Origin: a virus
Taxonomy: Duplodnaviria > Caudoviricetes
IMG/VR virus record: IMGVR_UViG_3300020420_000671
DNA length: 64,000 nt
Strand: one strand, 5' to 3'
Below are positions 40,639-49,094 of the stretch, piece by piece. Both the position numbers and the translations under genes were made by a program. Numbering within the stretch: the first letter of the stretch is position 1; every line of letters begins with the position of its first letter. Under the pieces are notes generated by a model that had not been told where the DNA came from, did no database searches, and worked only from the letters and a program-made list of their open reading frames with translations.

Positions 40639-40861
40639 GCCTAACACAACTTTTAAATTATCAATAAGAGATGTAGAAGTAATAGAACAAGCTCTTAGAA
40701 ACAAAGCAGGAAGAAGAGGCATGGCTATAGCACAGGGAGATACATCACCAGAACTGAAAGCTGAGATGTATGAGATCCAAGATGTGCTTGGTAGAATACA
40801 TGAACAGAAAAATTTTTATGCCAAATTCAAAGACGGCAAAACTCCTTATGTGAGCGGATAA
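40625..40861 (+). CDS. Hypothetical protein
   Basis: Coupled ORF ending at the kdsA start. Confidence 0.6.
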   Translation: MIMNKPNTTFKLSIRDVEVIEQALRNKAGRRGMAIAQGDTSPELKAEMYEIQDVLGRIHEQKNFYAKFKDGKTPYVSG

Positions 40862-41640
40862 TGAGAATTATAGCAGGACCTTGTCAACACGAAAGTATTT
40901 TAGAATCATTTGAGATAGCATCTCATTGTAGAAGGATTTGTAAAGATTTAGGATTTGATTACTATTTTAAAGCAAGTTTTGACAAAGCAAATAGAAGCAG
41001 TAAGGACGGTATACGCGGAATAGGTTTTGATAAGACAATGAAGGACTTTTACCTTATCAAAGAAAAACACGGTAACACTCTTAAAATACTTACGGATGTT
41101 CATACAGTAGAACAAGTAGAATCTATTAACAAAAACCACAGTGATGTAATAGACGTTTTACAGATACCTGCCTTCTTATGTAGGCAAACAGATTTAGTAC
41201 AGGCGGCTTGTGCTACTGGTAAAATAGTAAATATTAAGAAAGGACAATTTCTTGCTCCTTGGGACATCAAAGGCATCTTGTCTAAAACAGACGGTGCTAA
41301 AGAAGTTTGGATAACTGAAAGGGGAACTAGCTTTGGATACAATACACTTGTTGTTGACTTTACCGGTCTTGACTATATGCTTAACAATTACGATAATGAT
41401 ATTATTTTTGATGTTACACACTCGGTTCAAAAACCAGGTGGTTTGGGTGGATCATCTGGCGGAAACAGAGAATACGTTCCCGGACTTGCTAGAGCAGGAT
41501 CGGCACTAGGAATCAAAAACTTCTTCTTAGAAGTACATCGTGATCCAGACAATGCTCCTAGTGATGGACCAAACATGTTACACTTAAAAGATTTCGAAAG
41601 GACGATAAATGAAATCAAAAGCTATTCTTATACCGGCTAG
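40861..41640 (+). CDS. kdsA: KDO8P synthase
   Basis: IAGPC, KASFDKANRSS, QIPAFLCRQTDL, KKGQFLAPWD, ERGTSFGYNTLVVD, DVTHSVQKPGG, EVHRDPDNAPSDG. Confidence 0.97.
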   Translation: MRIIAGPCQHESILESFEIASHCRRICKDLGFDYYFKASFDKANRSSKDGIRGIGFDKTMKDFYLIKEKHGNTLKILTDVHTVEQVESINKNHSDVIDVLQIPAFLCRQTDLVQAACATGKIVNIKKGQFLAPWDIKGILSKTDGAKEVWITERGTSFGYNTLVVDFTGLDYMLNNYDNDIIFDVTHSVQKPGGLGGSSGGNREYVPGLARAGSALGIKNFFLEVHRDPDNAPSDGPNMLHLKDFERTINEIKSYSYTG

Positions 41641-42301
41641 GTTACACAGCACAAGGTATACTAATAAAATGCTTGTTGAATTAGATGGCAAGCCAATGAT
41701 TAAACGTGTGTATGATGCTTGTATGTCAACAGGTTATGATACATTTGTAATCACGGATAGCATGGAAATATTTTCTTTGTTTAATTCTGAAAATTGTTGG
41801 ATAGAAGAAAAGCCATATGAGAATGGAACGGCAAGATGTGCCGGAGCTATTTCAAATAGGTTTTTCAAAGCATATAATACTTTTATAAATGTACAAGGTG
41901 ACATGCCAGATGTTACACCTGAAATGATTAATCAATGTGTAGAATGGTTAAAATATTATTCAGTAAGTACAGTCTACACAACAATGCGGAAAGAAGAACA
42001 AGACAGACCAGAAAGCGTCAAAATGGTACGTGCTGGTGACAAGGCTCTTTGGTTTGGTAGAGGCATGACTGGTTATGGTGATTGGCATCTGGGTGTGTAT
42101 GGATATAGACGAGATGCTTTAGAAATGTATCCAAACTTAGAGATCCCAATTGAAGAAGATGTTGAGAAACTAGAACAACTACGTTGGTTAAAGAATGGCT
42201 GGGATATTGGTTGTTCACATGTTGAATTCAACGGAACCGAAATCAATACAAAAGAAGATATACACGAATGGAATTACAAGAATGGATTACTAAATGGTTG
42301 A
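41609..42301 (+). CDS. kdsB: CMP-Kdo synthetase
   Basis: IPARLHSTR, K...GKPMI, INVQGDMP, HLGVYGYR, EKLEQLRWL. Confidence 0.93.
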   Translation: MKSKAILIPARLHSTRYTNKMLVELDGKPMIKRVYDACMSTGYDTFVITDSMEIFSLFNSENCWIEEKPYENGTARCAGAISNRFFKAYNTFINVQGDMPDVTPEMINQCVEWLKYYSVSTVYTTMRKEEQDRPESVKMVRAGDKALWFGRGMTGYGDWHLGVYGYRRDALEMYPNLEIPIEEDVEKLEQLRWLKNGWDIGCSHVEFNGTEINTKEDIHEWNYKNGLLNG

Positions 42302-42326
42302 CATTGAGCCGTATATGTATTATAAT
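42298..42326 (+). promoter_or_regulatory. Sigma70-type promoter (perfect consensus)
   Basis: TTGACA, 17 bp, TATAAT. The ATG follows 5 nt later. Confidence 0.85.
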
Positions 42327-42331
42327 AAGCT

Positions 42332-42787
42332 ATGAGTAAATTACCATTAAAAGACATACTTGCGGCAATTGATATGGGAGCCAAAGAAGTTTGGGACGAA
42401 CTATCTGATGATGAACGCAAACAAGTAAGTTTTTATCTTTTGAACAGATATGTAAGTTCACAAAAAGGTAATAGAGATAAACAAGAATTAGCAGTATTCA
42501 AAACAAATGAATACTACAACAAAAACTTTTTTAATTTACAAAAACATAAAAAATTATTATGGCAACTTATTTGTATGTCTGGTAACACAAAAAACATACA
42601 GTATCATGAGTGGATAGGATACAAAAAGAAAAACGGATCCAACAGTAAAAATGTAAAGTTTTTAGAAAAGTTATTTCCTAATATGAAAAAAGATGAGGTT
42701 GAGTTACTTGCTAGAATATCTACAAAAAAAGAACTGTTTGCCCTTGGAGAAGCATACGGAATGGATAAGAAAAGTGTCGGTATCTAA
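42332..42787 (+). CDS. Clamp-loader small subunit-like (T4 gp62-like)
   Basis: LKDILAAID, FYLLNRYVS, size and replication context. Confidence 0.55.
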   Translation: MSKLPLKDILAAIDMGAKEVWDELSDDERKQVSFYLLNRYVSSQKGNRDKQELAVFKTNEYYNKNFFNLQKHKKLLWQLICMSGNTKNIQYHEWIGYKKKNGSNSKNVKFLEKLFPNMKKDEVELLARISTKKELFALGEAYGMDKKSVGI

Positions 42788-43460
42788 ACCATACAAGTGT
42801 GAATACTGTGGTGCTAGTTTTACTAGAGAAAAAACACTATCAGTTCATATGTGTGAAAAGAAACGTAGACACTTACAAAAAAATGAAAAGCATGTACAGT
42901 TAGGCTATTATGGATTTACAAGATTCTATAGATTAAGTGCTGGTACAAAAAATGAAAAAACATATGAACAATTTTGTGACAGTCCATATTACAATGCTTT
43001 CGTAAAATTTGGTAGTTGGCTAAACAATGTAAAGCCCTTGTACATGGAAAAGTATATTGACTGGGTAGTGACATCAGGAGTAAAACTAGATCATTGGTGT
43101 AGAGACGAACTATATGAAAAATACGTTAATGAATTTGTATTGAAAGAAAGTATGGAAACAGCAGTAGAAAGAACTATAGACACAATGATGAATTGGGGAG
43201 AAGAAAAGGAAGCTCCATGGAATGATTATTTCCGACATGCTACATTAAACAGAGTGACCAGAGATATCAAGGATGGAAAGATAAGTCCATGGCTTATGCT
43301 TAACTGTTCATCCGGCAAACAGATGCTATCTCAATTCAATGATGAACAACTTGAATTTGTGTATACTGTTGTTGACCCAAAACATTGGGCTATGAAATTT
43401 AGAAAGAAACAAGCAGACGTAGAGATTGTAAAAGAAGTTGCCAAGGAATCAAAATTATGA
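42774..43460 (+). CDS. Hypothetical protein with N-terminal C2H2-like Zn finger
   Basis: YKCEYCGASFTREKTLSVHMC. Probable GTG start at 42774. Confidence 0.6.
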   Translation: MSVSKPYKCEYCGASFTREKTLSVHMCEKKRRHLQKNEKHVQLGYYGFTRFYRLSAGTKNEKTYEQFCDSPYYNAFVKFGSWLNNVKPLYMEKYIDWVVTSGVKLDHWCRDELYEKYVNEFVLKESMETAVERTIDTMMNWGEEKEAPWNDYFRHATLNRVTRDIKDGKISPWLMLNCSSGKQMLSQFNDEQLEFVYTVVDPKHWAMKFRKKQADVEIVKEVAKESKL

Positions 43461-44023
43461 AGACTCACTTATTAGGAAACACACATCAATGGATTATTGA
43501 AAGCCACTATGAAGATAAAGAAGAATTTGACTTTCATTGGGATAAGAAAGTATTTCCTAGCGACACTAGAGAAGATGTGAGTGATCAAACTAGCACATAT
43601 CGTGGTAAGCAATTTAACATACATCCTGATGCGTATGTTAACGAATGGAAATTCAAACCGCATTTACAGGAACAGATTGATAAGGTAGGGTTGCCTATTA
43701 AAATTACAGACTTGTGTGCGTTATGGATTATTGAATACAAAAAAGGTGGCTGGCAGAAAGCACACAGACATAGTGACCCAAATGTAAAAAAGTTAAGTGC
43801 TGTTGTATATCTGTCAGATGCTGATCCAGACCCAACAACATTCCACGGAGGTACATTTGCTTATCTTTATGATGGAGAAGGTAATACACATGACTTGTGT
43901 TATAAGCCTAACAGAGGAGATTTATTGATATTTAAAAGCACGGTATTACACGGATCATATCCTGTAAGGGATAACAAAAAGGTATTTGTGGTGGACTATT
44001 TCTATGAGGATAAGTATGTATAA
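43457..44023 (+). CDS. 2OG-Fe(II) oxygenase
   Basis: YKKGGWQKAHRHSD, LSAVVYL, GGTF, GDLLIF...LHG. Confidence 0.8.
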   Translation: MKTHLLGNTHQWIIESHYEDKEEFDFHWDKKVFPSDTREDVSDQTSTYRGKQFNIHPDAYVNEWKFKPHLQEQIDKVGLPIKITDLCALWIIEYKKGGWQKAHRHSDPNVKKLSAVVYLSDADPDPTTFHGGTFAYLYDGEGNTHDLCYKPNRGDLLIFKSTVLHGSYPVRDNKKVFVVDYFYEDKYV

Positions 44024-44294
44024 AGTAGTTAAAAATTTTGTAAAGGAAAGCTACAACAACAGTAAAGTTGCTTTCTTCTGTGAAATGGCAGAAGCTACAT
44101 TCTTAATAAGTGCCAGTGCTATACTCACGTATACGGTTTTGGCTCCTGCTACAAAAATCTTTATCCCTTTATACTTCGTTGGAAGCATACTTGGGATAAT
44201 TAGTGCTATAATAAGAAGAGCGGCATTTGTGATAGTTCTTTGTTCTTGGTTTACTATTATGAATGCTATTGCGTTATGGAGGTTGTTTATATGA
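44016..44294 (+). CDS. Small membrane protein
   Basis: Three hydrophobic segments. GAGGA lies upstream of ATG 44016. Confidence 0.65.
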   Translation: MYKVVKNFVKESYNNSKVAFFCEMAEATFLISASAILTYTVLAPATKIFIPLYFVGSILGIISAIIRRAAFVIVLCSWFTIMNAIALWRLFI

Positions 44295-44797
44295 AACTAG
44301 ATCTAATAAAGTCGCCAAATGAATGGCTACAAAAGAAAATAGAACCAATGGATCTTAACAATATACCCGAAAACATTGTTGAGATAAAAAATGAAATGGA
44401 TCGGGTAATGAAAGAAAATAAGGGCATAGGGCTCAGTGCTAATCAGGTTGGGCTAGATTATAGACTGTTTATTTTCCATGCTGAAGCATTACAAAATATC
44501 AGTGCTGAAAGAGTAAACATGTGTATTAATCCAGAAGTAATTGAATTTATTGAACCTGAAGTAGAAATGTGGGAAGGTTGCCTTAGTTTTCCAAAAGTAA
44601 ATCTTTTCGTTAAAAGACATTCAAAGATTAGAGCAACGTGGACTAATGAAAACGGAAAGAAGATGGACGAAAAACTTTATGGTTACGATGCTAGATGTTT
44701 TTTACATGAACTAGATCATTTGAACGGCATTACATTCGATAATTATGTATCACCAATTGAATTTAAAAAGGCACAGGAGAAAGCACAGGCTGAATGA
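44291..44797 (+). CDS. def: Peptide deformylase
   Basis: GIGLSANQVG, EGCLSF, HELDHLNG. Confidence 0.95.
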   Translation: MKLDLIKSPNEWLQKKIEPMDLNNIPENIVEIKNEMDRVMKENKGIGLSANQVGLDYRLFIFHAEALQNISAERVNMCINPEVIEFIEPEVEMWEGCLSFPKVNLFVKRHSKIRATWTNENGKKMDEKLYGYDARCFLHELDHLNGITFDNYVSPIEFKKAQEKAQAE

Positions 44798-44958
44798 GTC
44801 AACTAACTGAAAAACAAGTAAGAGCAGAATACAAGGAGCATAGAAAAGATCCAGTATTCGCTGAGTGTTGGCCTGATACTAATCGTGCGTTTTATGAATG
44901 GTGTGAAGGATATTTAGATTACAAGCATATAAAGGCAAAAGAAAATGATGAAGACTGA
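44794..44958 (+). CDS. Small hypothetical protein (54 aa, not in the ORF track)
   Basis: MSQLTEKQVRAEYKEHRKDPVFAECWPD...; ATGA-coupled to def with an AGGAG RBS, and fills the gap before nth. Confidence 0.65.
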   Translation: MSQLTEKQVRAEYKEHRKDPVFAECWPDTNRAFYEWCEGYLDYKHIKAKENDED

Positions 44959-45628
44959 ACAACAAATTAAAACAATATACGAACGACTAGGTGATTATTG
45001 GCCAAAGTATTCTAATAAAAAGCCGGCGGCAAAGATACACAAGGAATCCTATACAAGTCTAATTGGAGTTATGTTGTCAGCTCAAAGCCAAGATAAAAGA
45101 ACAGCAATAGCTTGTAAACAACTTTTCTCGTTAGCTGATAATCCATATGACATGCTAAAACTTACACAAGAAGAAATAATAGAAGCTATCAAACCGGCGG
45201 GACTTTACAACGCAAAATCAAAAAACATTTTAGCCACTTCAAAGGTATTGATAGAGAAGTATGATGGTAAAGTTCCACAAACACAAAAAGAATTAATGTC
45301 CTTACCAGGAGTTGGAAGAAAGAGCAGTGACATAATGATGAGATTTGTTTGGGGTGCTCCTAACATAGCAGTAGATACTCATGTGTTTAGATTGCTGTGG
45401 AGATTGGGTTGGACCAACACACTGGACGAAGGGAAGAGTGCTGTGATAGTGAATGATACAACCCCTGACAAATACAAGTATGCGGCTCACATGCAATTAA
45501 TTACTCATGCTAAAAGGATATGTAAAAGTAAAAAGCCTAAATGTAATATTTGTGTAATAGATGATATGTGTGATAAAAGACATATTGATGTTCCAAAATC
45601 TAAATTAAGAGAAGTAGTGTATGCCTGA
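44945..45628 (+). CDS. nth: Endonuclease III DNA glycosylase/AP lyase
   Basis: LIGVMLSAQSQD, HhH LPGVGRKS (catalytic K), AVDTHV (catalytic D), C-x6-C-x2-C-x5-C 4Fe-4S motif. Confidence 0.95.
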   Translation: MMKTEQQIKTIYERLGDYWPKYSNKKPAAKIHKESYTSLIGVMLSAQSQDKRTAIACKQLFSLADNPYDMLKLTQEEIIEAIKPAGLYNAKSKNILATSKVLIEKYDGKVPQTQKELMSLPGVGRKSSDIMMRFVWGAPNIAVDTHVFRLLWRLGWTNTLDEGKSAVIVNDTTPDKYKYAAHMQLITHAKRICKSKKPKCNICVIDDMCDKRHIDVPKSKLREVVYA

Positions 45629-46211
45629 TATTGATATAGACTTTGCTGATAGAACTGAAGTGCTAGGAAAACTAAAGCATAGGATTGCTAGACTTGATGA
45701 AAAGAAAAAACACAATACTGGTGTATATGTGACAGAGATTCCGCATAATCCAATTGATATGTTATCTACTATTGATTATGAATCAGCAGAAGACAGAGGA
45801 TATTTTAAATTAGATTTTCTAAATGTCAGCATCTATGAAAAGGTAAAAGATGAAGATCATCTTAAAGAACTAATGAATAAGGAACCGATATGGGAACTGT
45901 TAGAGACAAAAGACTTTTGCGATCTGGTATTTCATGTATCAGGACATCACACACTAATCAAAAAATTAAAACCAAAGAACAAAGAACAACTGGCCGCTGT
46001 ATTGGCTATCATAAGACCAGCAAAGAGACATCTTCAAGATAGTAACTGGGAAGATATCTTCAAGGAGGTTTGGGTAAAACCTAAAGAAGGATATTATTTT
46101 AAAAAAGCTCACGCAGTAGCATACGCCCATGCTATTGTTGTACACATGAATTTAATCTGCGAGGAACTTAATGGATTGGGAAGTAAAAGACTACAGAAAG
46201 AAACCGCCTAA
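45621..46211 (+). CDS. Miniature family C (DnaE-like) polymerase core, 196 aa
   Basis: MPDIDIDF (two catalytic Asp), HNTGVYV, GYFKLDFLN (third Asp), FKKAHAVAYA. Confidence 0.75.
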   Translation: MPDIDIDFADRTEVLGKLKHRIARLDEKKKHNTGVYVTEIPHNPIDMLSTIDYESAEDRGYFKLDFLNVSIYEKVKDEDHLKELMNKEPIWELLETKDFCDLVFHVSGHHTLIKKLKPKNKEQLAAVLAIIRPAKRHLQDSNWEDIFKEVWVKPKEGYYFKKAHAVAYAHAIVVHMNLICEELNGLGSKRLQKETA

Positions 46212-46413
46212 AAAAGAAGTGGACTGGATAGACTGGCAAGTACCGAGAGAAATGGCAAGTCAGTATATATGGAGAATGATTTTCTGGGTTTTGCTGATGC
46301 CGTTAATTTTCTTCGGACAATTCTATGTTAACGCTTCTTACTTATTGATGCTAGTTTTTCTTGTAGACTATACTTCTTACCTACGTTGGAAGCAGGGCGA
46401 TGATCAGCTTTAA
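46171..46413 (+). CDS. Small membrane protein
   Basis: Two hydrophobic segments. Overlaps both neighbours. Confidence 0.5.
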   Translation: MDWEVKDYRKKPPKKEVDWIDWQVPREMASQYIWRMIFWVLLMPLIFFGQFYVNASYLLMLVFLVDYTSYLRWKQGDDQL

Positions 46414-46507
46414 ATCCTTTTTTACTACCGTCAGGATTGTATCCTAACCTCGTATATAGCTCGGCTATTTTACTTTTTATATTATGGACTCTTTCTTCTA
46501 GATTCAT
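46328..46507 (-). CDS. Small basic hypothetical protein (59 aa, not in the ORF track)
   Basis: MNLEERVHNIKSKIAELYTRLGYNPDGSKK...; ATGA-coupled to the 46504-46872 ORF. Its 3' end overlaps the plus-strand ORF. Confidence 0.45.
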   Translation of the reverse strand: MNLEERVHNIKSKIAELYTRLGYNPDGSKKGFKADHRPASNVGKKYSLQEKLASISKKR

Positions 46508-46872
46508 CTTGGCTTTTTCAGTAGTTGTACTGACTTTCTTTTTACACGTTTGACTGTAAGTTTATTTAAATTAACAGTAGGCCCGTGTGTTACTTTAACG
46601 TCTTTACTATTCATTGTTCTTTGAATGTGTTTGAAGAATGCCATTTCTTTACGCAAGAATATATTAATGGGCAACATTCTGTTTGATTCCCACCACCATA
46701 TTTCACCTAGCTCTATCAACTTTGCTTTTTCGTCCGGCGTAAGCACATCGCTGTAAACATACATAGTAGTGGTTAAATTATCCTGGTTATTAACAATACC
46801 AATGAATTCCTGCCCACCGTATGTGACTACGGACAAAAACGGAAACTTTTCTTCTATCTCTTTTCTCAACAT
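46504..46872 (-). CDS. Hypothetical protein
   Basis: 122-aa ORF transcribed divergently from the next gene, with a minus-strand TAAATA at 46901-46906. Confidence 0.7.
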   Translation of the reverse strand: MLRKEIEEKFPFLSVVTYGGQEFIGIVNNQDNLTTTMYVYSDVLTPDEKAKLIELGEIWWWESNRMLPINIFLRKEMAFFKHIQRTMNSKDVKVTHGPTVNLNKLTVKRVKRKSVQLLKKPR

Positions 46873-46905
46873 ATCTCAATAAATACACTAGTAAGGAAGT
46901 TATTT

Positions 46906-47670
46906 ATGCAACAAGTGTCAAGGTATTTATTATCAAACCATACCGTGGTCGTCTTAGATGACACGGGTAACCTAACGGAGTATAGCAAAGTGTATCAGAG
47001 AAACTTAAAAATAGCAAAAGGAATAGACAATGTCATTACTTTTGAAGTGAAAAATCACGATCAGAAACCAGTATCAATACTTAATACGTATACACCATAC
47101 GTAGAAATATTCACAGAAGATAACGTATTATTAAAGAAATACATAGGAACAATCAAGGAAACTACAACGCCTTCATATAAAGGACAGTTTACAGTAACCA
47201 TAACTGACTCAGATACTCTTAATTTAGACGCACAATACCTATCATATACCGTATACCTTACAAATACTAGTAGTGTGAACACACTAACTTATGCTGATAC
47301 ACAGTACGGAATCACAGGCACTATTGAGCTTACAACCGAAGCATTTCCAGGAGCAATAGACAGTAAAATAATAGACACATTTGTAGATGGTATTAGCTCT
47401 GTAGTGGACGGTGAGCCTCACACAAATGGTAATAGTGCATTACACACAGCCGCATTTTACACAACAGGTTTTGATGGCACAGTTGTAGTACAAGGTACAC
47501 TTGACACCAATAATACCACAAGCTGGTTTGATATTTCGTCCGAAACACTGGCATCTCCTACACAACCACACTATGTAAACTTCAATGGAGTGTTCAGTAA
47601 TCTCAGATTCAAAGTTACCAATTCAAGTGGTAATTCTGGTTCAGTTGATAAGATTTTGATAAGAAATTAG
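46906..47670 (+). CDS. Putative virion structural protein (beta-rich, possibly BppU-N-like)
   Basis: Thr/Asn-rich beta-strand pattern, preceded by TAAATA at 46880 and an AAGGAAG RBS. Confidence 0.45.
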   Translation: MQQVSRYLLSNHTVVVLDDTGNLTEYSKVYQRNLKIAKGIDNVITFEVKNHDQKPVSILNTYTPYVEIFTEDNVLLKKYIGTIKETTTPSYKGQFTVTITDSDTLNLDAQYLSYTVYLTNTSSVNTLTYADTQYGITGTIELTTEAFPGAIDSKIIDTFVDGISSVVDGEPHTNGNSALHTAAFYTTGFDGTVVVQGTLDTNNTTSWFDISSETLASPTQPHYVNFNGVFSNLRFKVTNSSGNSGSVDKILIRN

Positions 47671-47699
47671 TTGACAATCTGACACTTATATACTATAAT
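47671..47699 (+). promoter_or_regulatory. Sigma70-type promoter (perfect consensus)
   Basis: TTGACA, 17 bp, TATAAT. The ATG follows 6 nt later. Confidence 0.85.
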
Positions 47700-47705
47700 A
47701 CAAGT

Positions 47706-48704
47706 ATGAGTATTGTATACGAAACCTTGAGCCTTCATCTTCCGCATAAGCGTAAAACTACACCATCTGGTTGGTTAAGTTTTAATGCGCCGTGTTGTGT
47801 TCATAACGGAACGAGTGCTGATACAAGACAACGTGGAGGAATAAAAACAGGTGAAGGAGGCGGCGTAAGTTATCATTGTTTCAACTGTGGCTTTACTGCT
47901 TCTTGGATGCCTGGAAGAAGAATCACCTACAAAATGAAAAGATTGATGCAATGGTTGAACGTTCCAGATGATACAATTACAAAAATAAGTTTACAAGTTT
48001 TAGAAACAGAACAATTAGATAACGAACAGAAAATAATATTGCCTAAGTTTGTTACAAAAGAATTACCCGAAGGAGCAAAGCCATTACAACAATGGGCAGA
48101 CTACTGTGCTATGGAATCAACAGGTGTTGATAAAAACTTAATGAAGGTATTTGAATATCTACAATCAAGACAGTTGTATTTTGATGATTATGATTTTCAT
48201 TGGTCACCGTTGAATGGTTATTCAGATAGATTGATAGTGCCATTCTATTCAGACAAACGTGTCGTAGGATATACTGCGAGAAAAATAAAAGATGGAAATC
48301 CAAAGTACATAAGTGATCAACAACCAGGATATGTTTTTAATTTAGATAATCAAAGATATGGCAGGGTATATACTGTGGTAGTAGAAGGACCATTTGATGC
48401 TATTGCTGTTGAAGGAGTAGCATTGCTTGGAAGTGAAATCAAAGATCAACAGGCCATGTTAATTAATAGTTTAAATACTAAAGTAATTATTGTTCCTGAC
48501 AGAGACGACTCAGGAAAAAAAATAGTTGAGCAGGCTTTAGAACTAGGTTGGGGTGTCAGTATGCCTCAATGGGATAAAGAAGTAAAAGACGTAAATGAAG
48601 CTGTTCAAAAATACGGAAAAATTTATACACTACATACTATAGTTGGTAGTGCTGAATTTAATGAACTAAAAATAAAGCTAGGAGCAAAAAAATGGTTTGG
48701 TTAA
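47706..48704 (+). CDS. DNA primase (gp61-like)
   Basis: Zn ribbon NAPCCVH...YHCFNCG; TOPRIM VVEGPFDA and IVPDRDDSG. Confidence 0.9.
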   Translation: MSIVYETLSLHLPHKRKTTPSGWLSFNAPCCVHNGTSADTRQRGGIKTGEGGGVSYHCFNCGFTASWMPGRRITYKMKRLMQWLNVPDDTITKISLQVLETEQLDNEQKIILPKFVTKELPEGAKPLQQWADYCAMESTGVDKNLMKVFEYLQSRQLYFDDYDFHWSPLNGYSDRLIVPFYSDKRVVGYTARKIKDGNPKYISDQQPGYVFNLDNQRYGRVYTVVVEGPFDAIAVEGVALLGSEIKDQQAMLINSLNTKVIIVPDRDDSGKKIVEQALELGWGVSMPQWDKEVKDVNEAVQKYGKIYTLHTIVGSAEFNELKIKLGAKKWFG

Positions 48705-48835
48705 AAGCGTTTTGGGAATGGATAACATTTCCTGTAAAGTTCTATGTTGAACTTTTTAAAGAAAAGAAAAAACAAAGGGATCTACAGAAGAAGATAAAAG
48801 AGCTTCAAAAAAGAGATCCGTTTATATACAAGTAG
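48692..48835 (+). CDS. Small hypothetical protein (47 aa, not in the ORF track)
   Basis: MVWLKAFWEWITFPVKFY...KELQKRDPFIYK. GGAG RBS; fills the gap after the primase gene. Confidence 0.65.
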   Translation: MVWLKAFWEWITFPVKFYVELFKEKKKQRDLQKKIKELQKRDPFIYK

Positions 48836-48849
48836 GAGGTGATAAATTG

Positions 48850-49086
48850 ATGAGTGAATTTACACAAGGAATGCTAAACACCCTGAAGAGCTTAATAGGG
48901 TCATCCAGTCTTGGTCTTTCAATAATATTTTTTATTGGACATGTGATCATTGCTATGGCAGTAGTAAGTTTAATTACAGGTGCTAGTATTTGGGAAGCAG
49001 GAGCAGTTGCTCTAGTTGAACCAGCAATTAATTCGGTTTGGTTCTATGTGTTACACAAAGTATATACATTGGTCAAAGATTCATAG
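48850..49086 (+). CDS. DUF2061-like membrane protein
   Basis: GHVIIAMAVVSLITGASIWEAGAVALVEPAINSVWFYVLHK. AGGAGG RBS. Confidence 0.7.
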   Translation: MSEFTQGMLNTLKSLIGSSSLGLSIIFFIGHVIIAMAVVSLITGASIWEAGAVALVEPAINSVWFYVLHKVYTLVKDS

Positions 49087-49094
49087 GAGAACTT

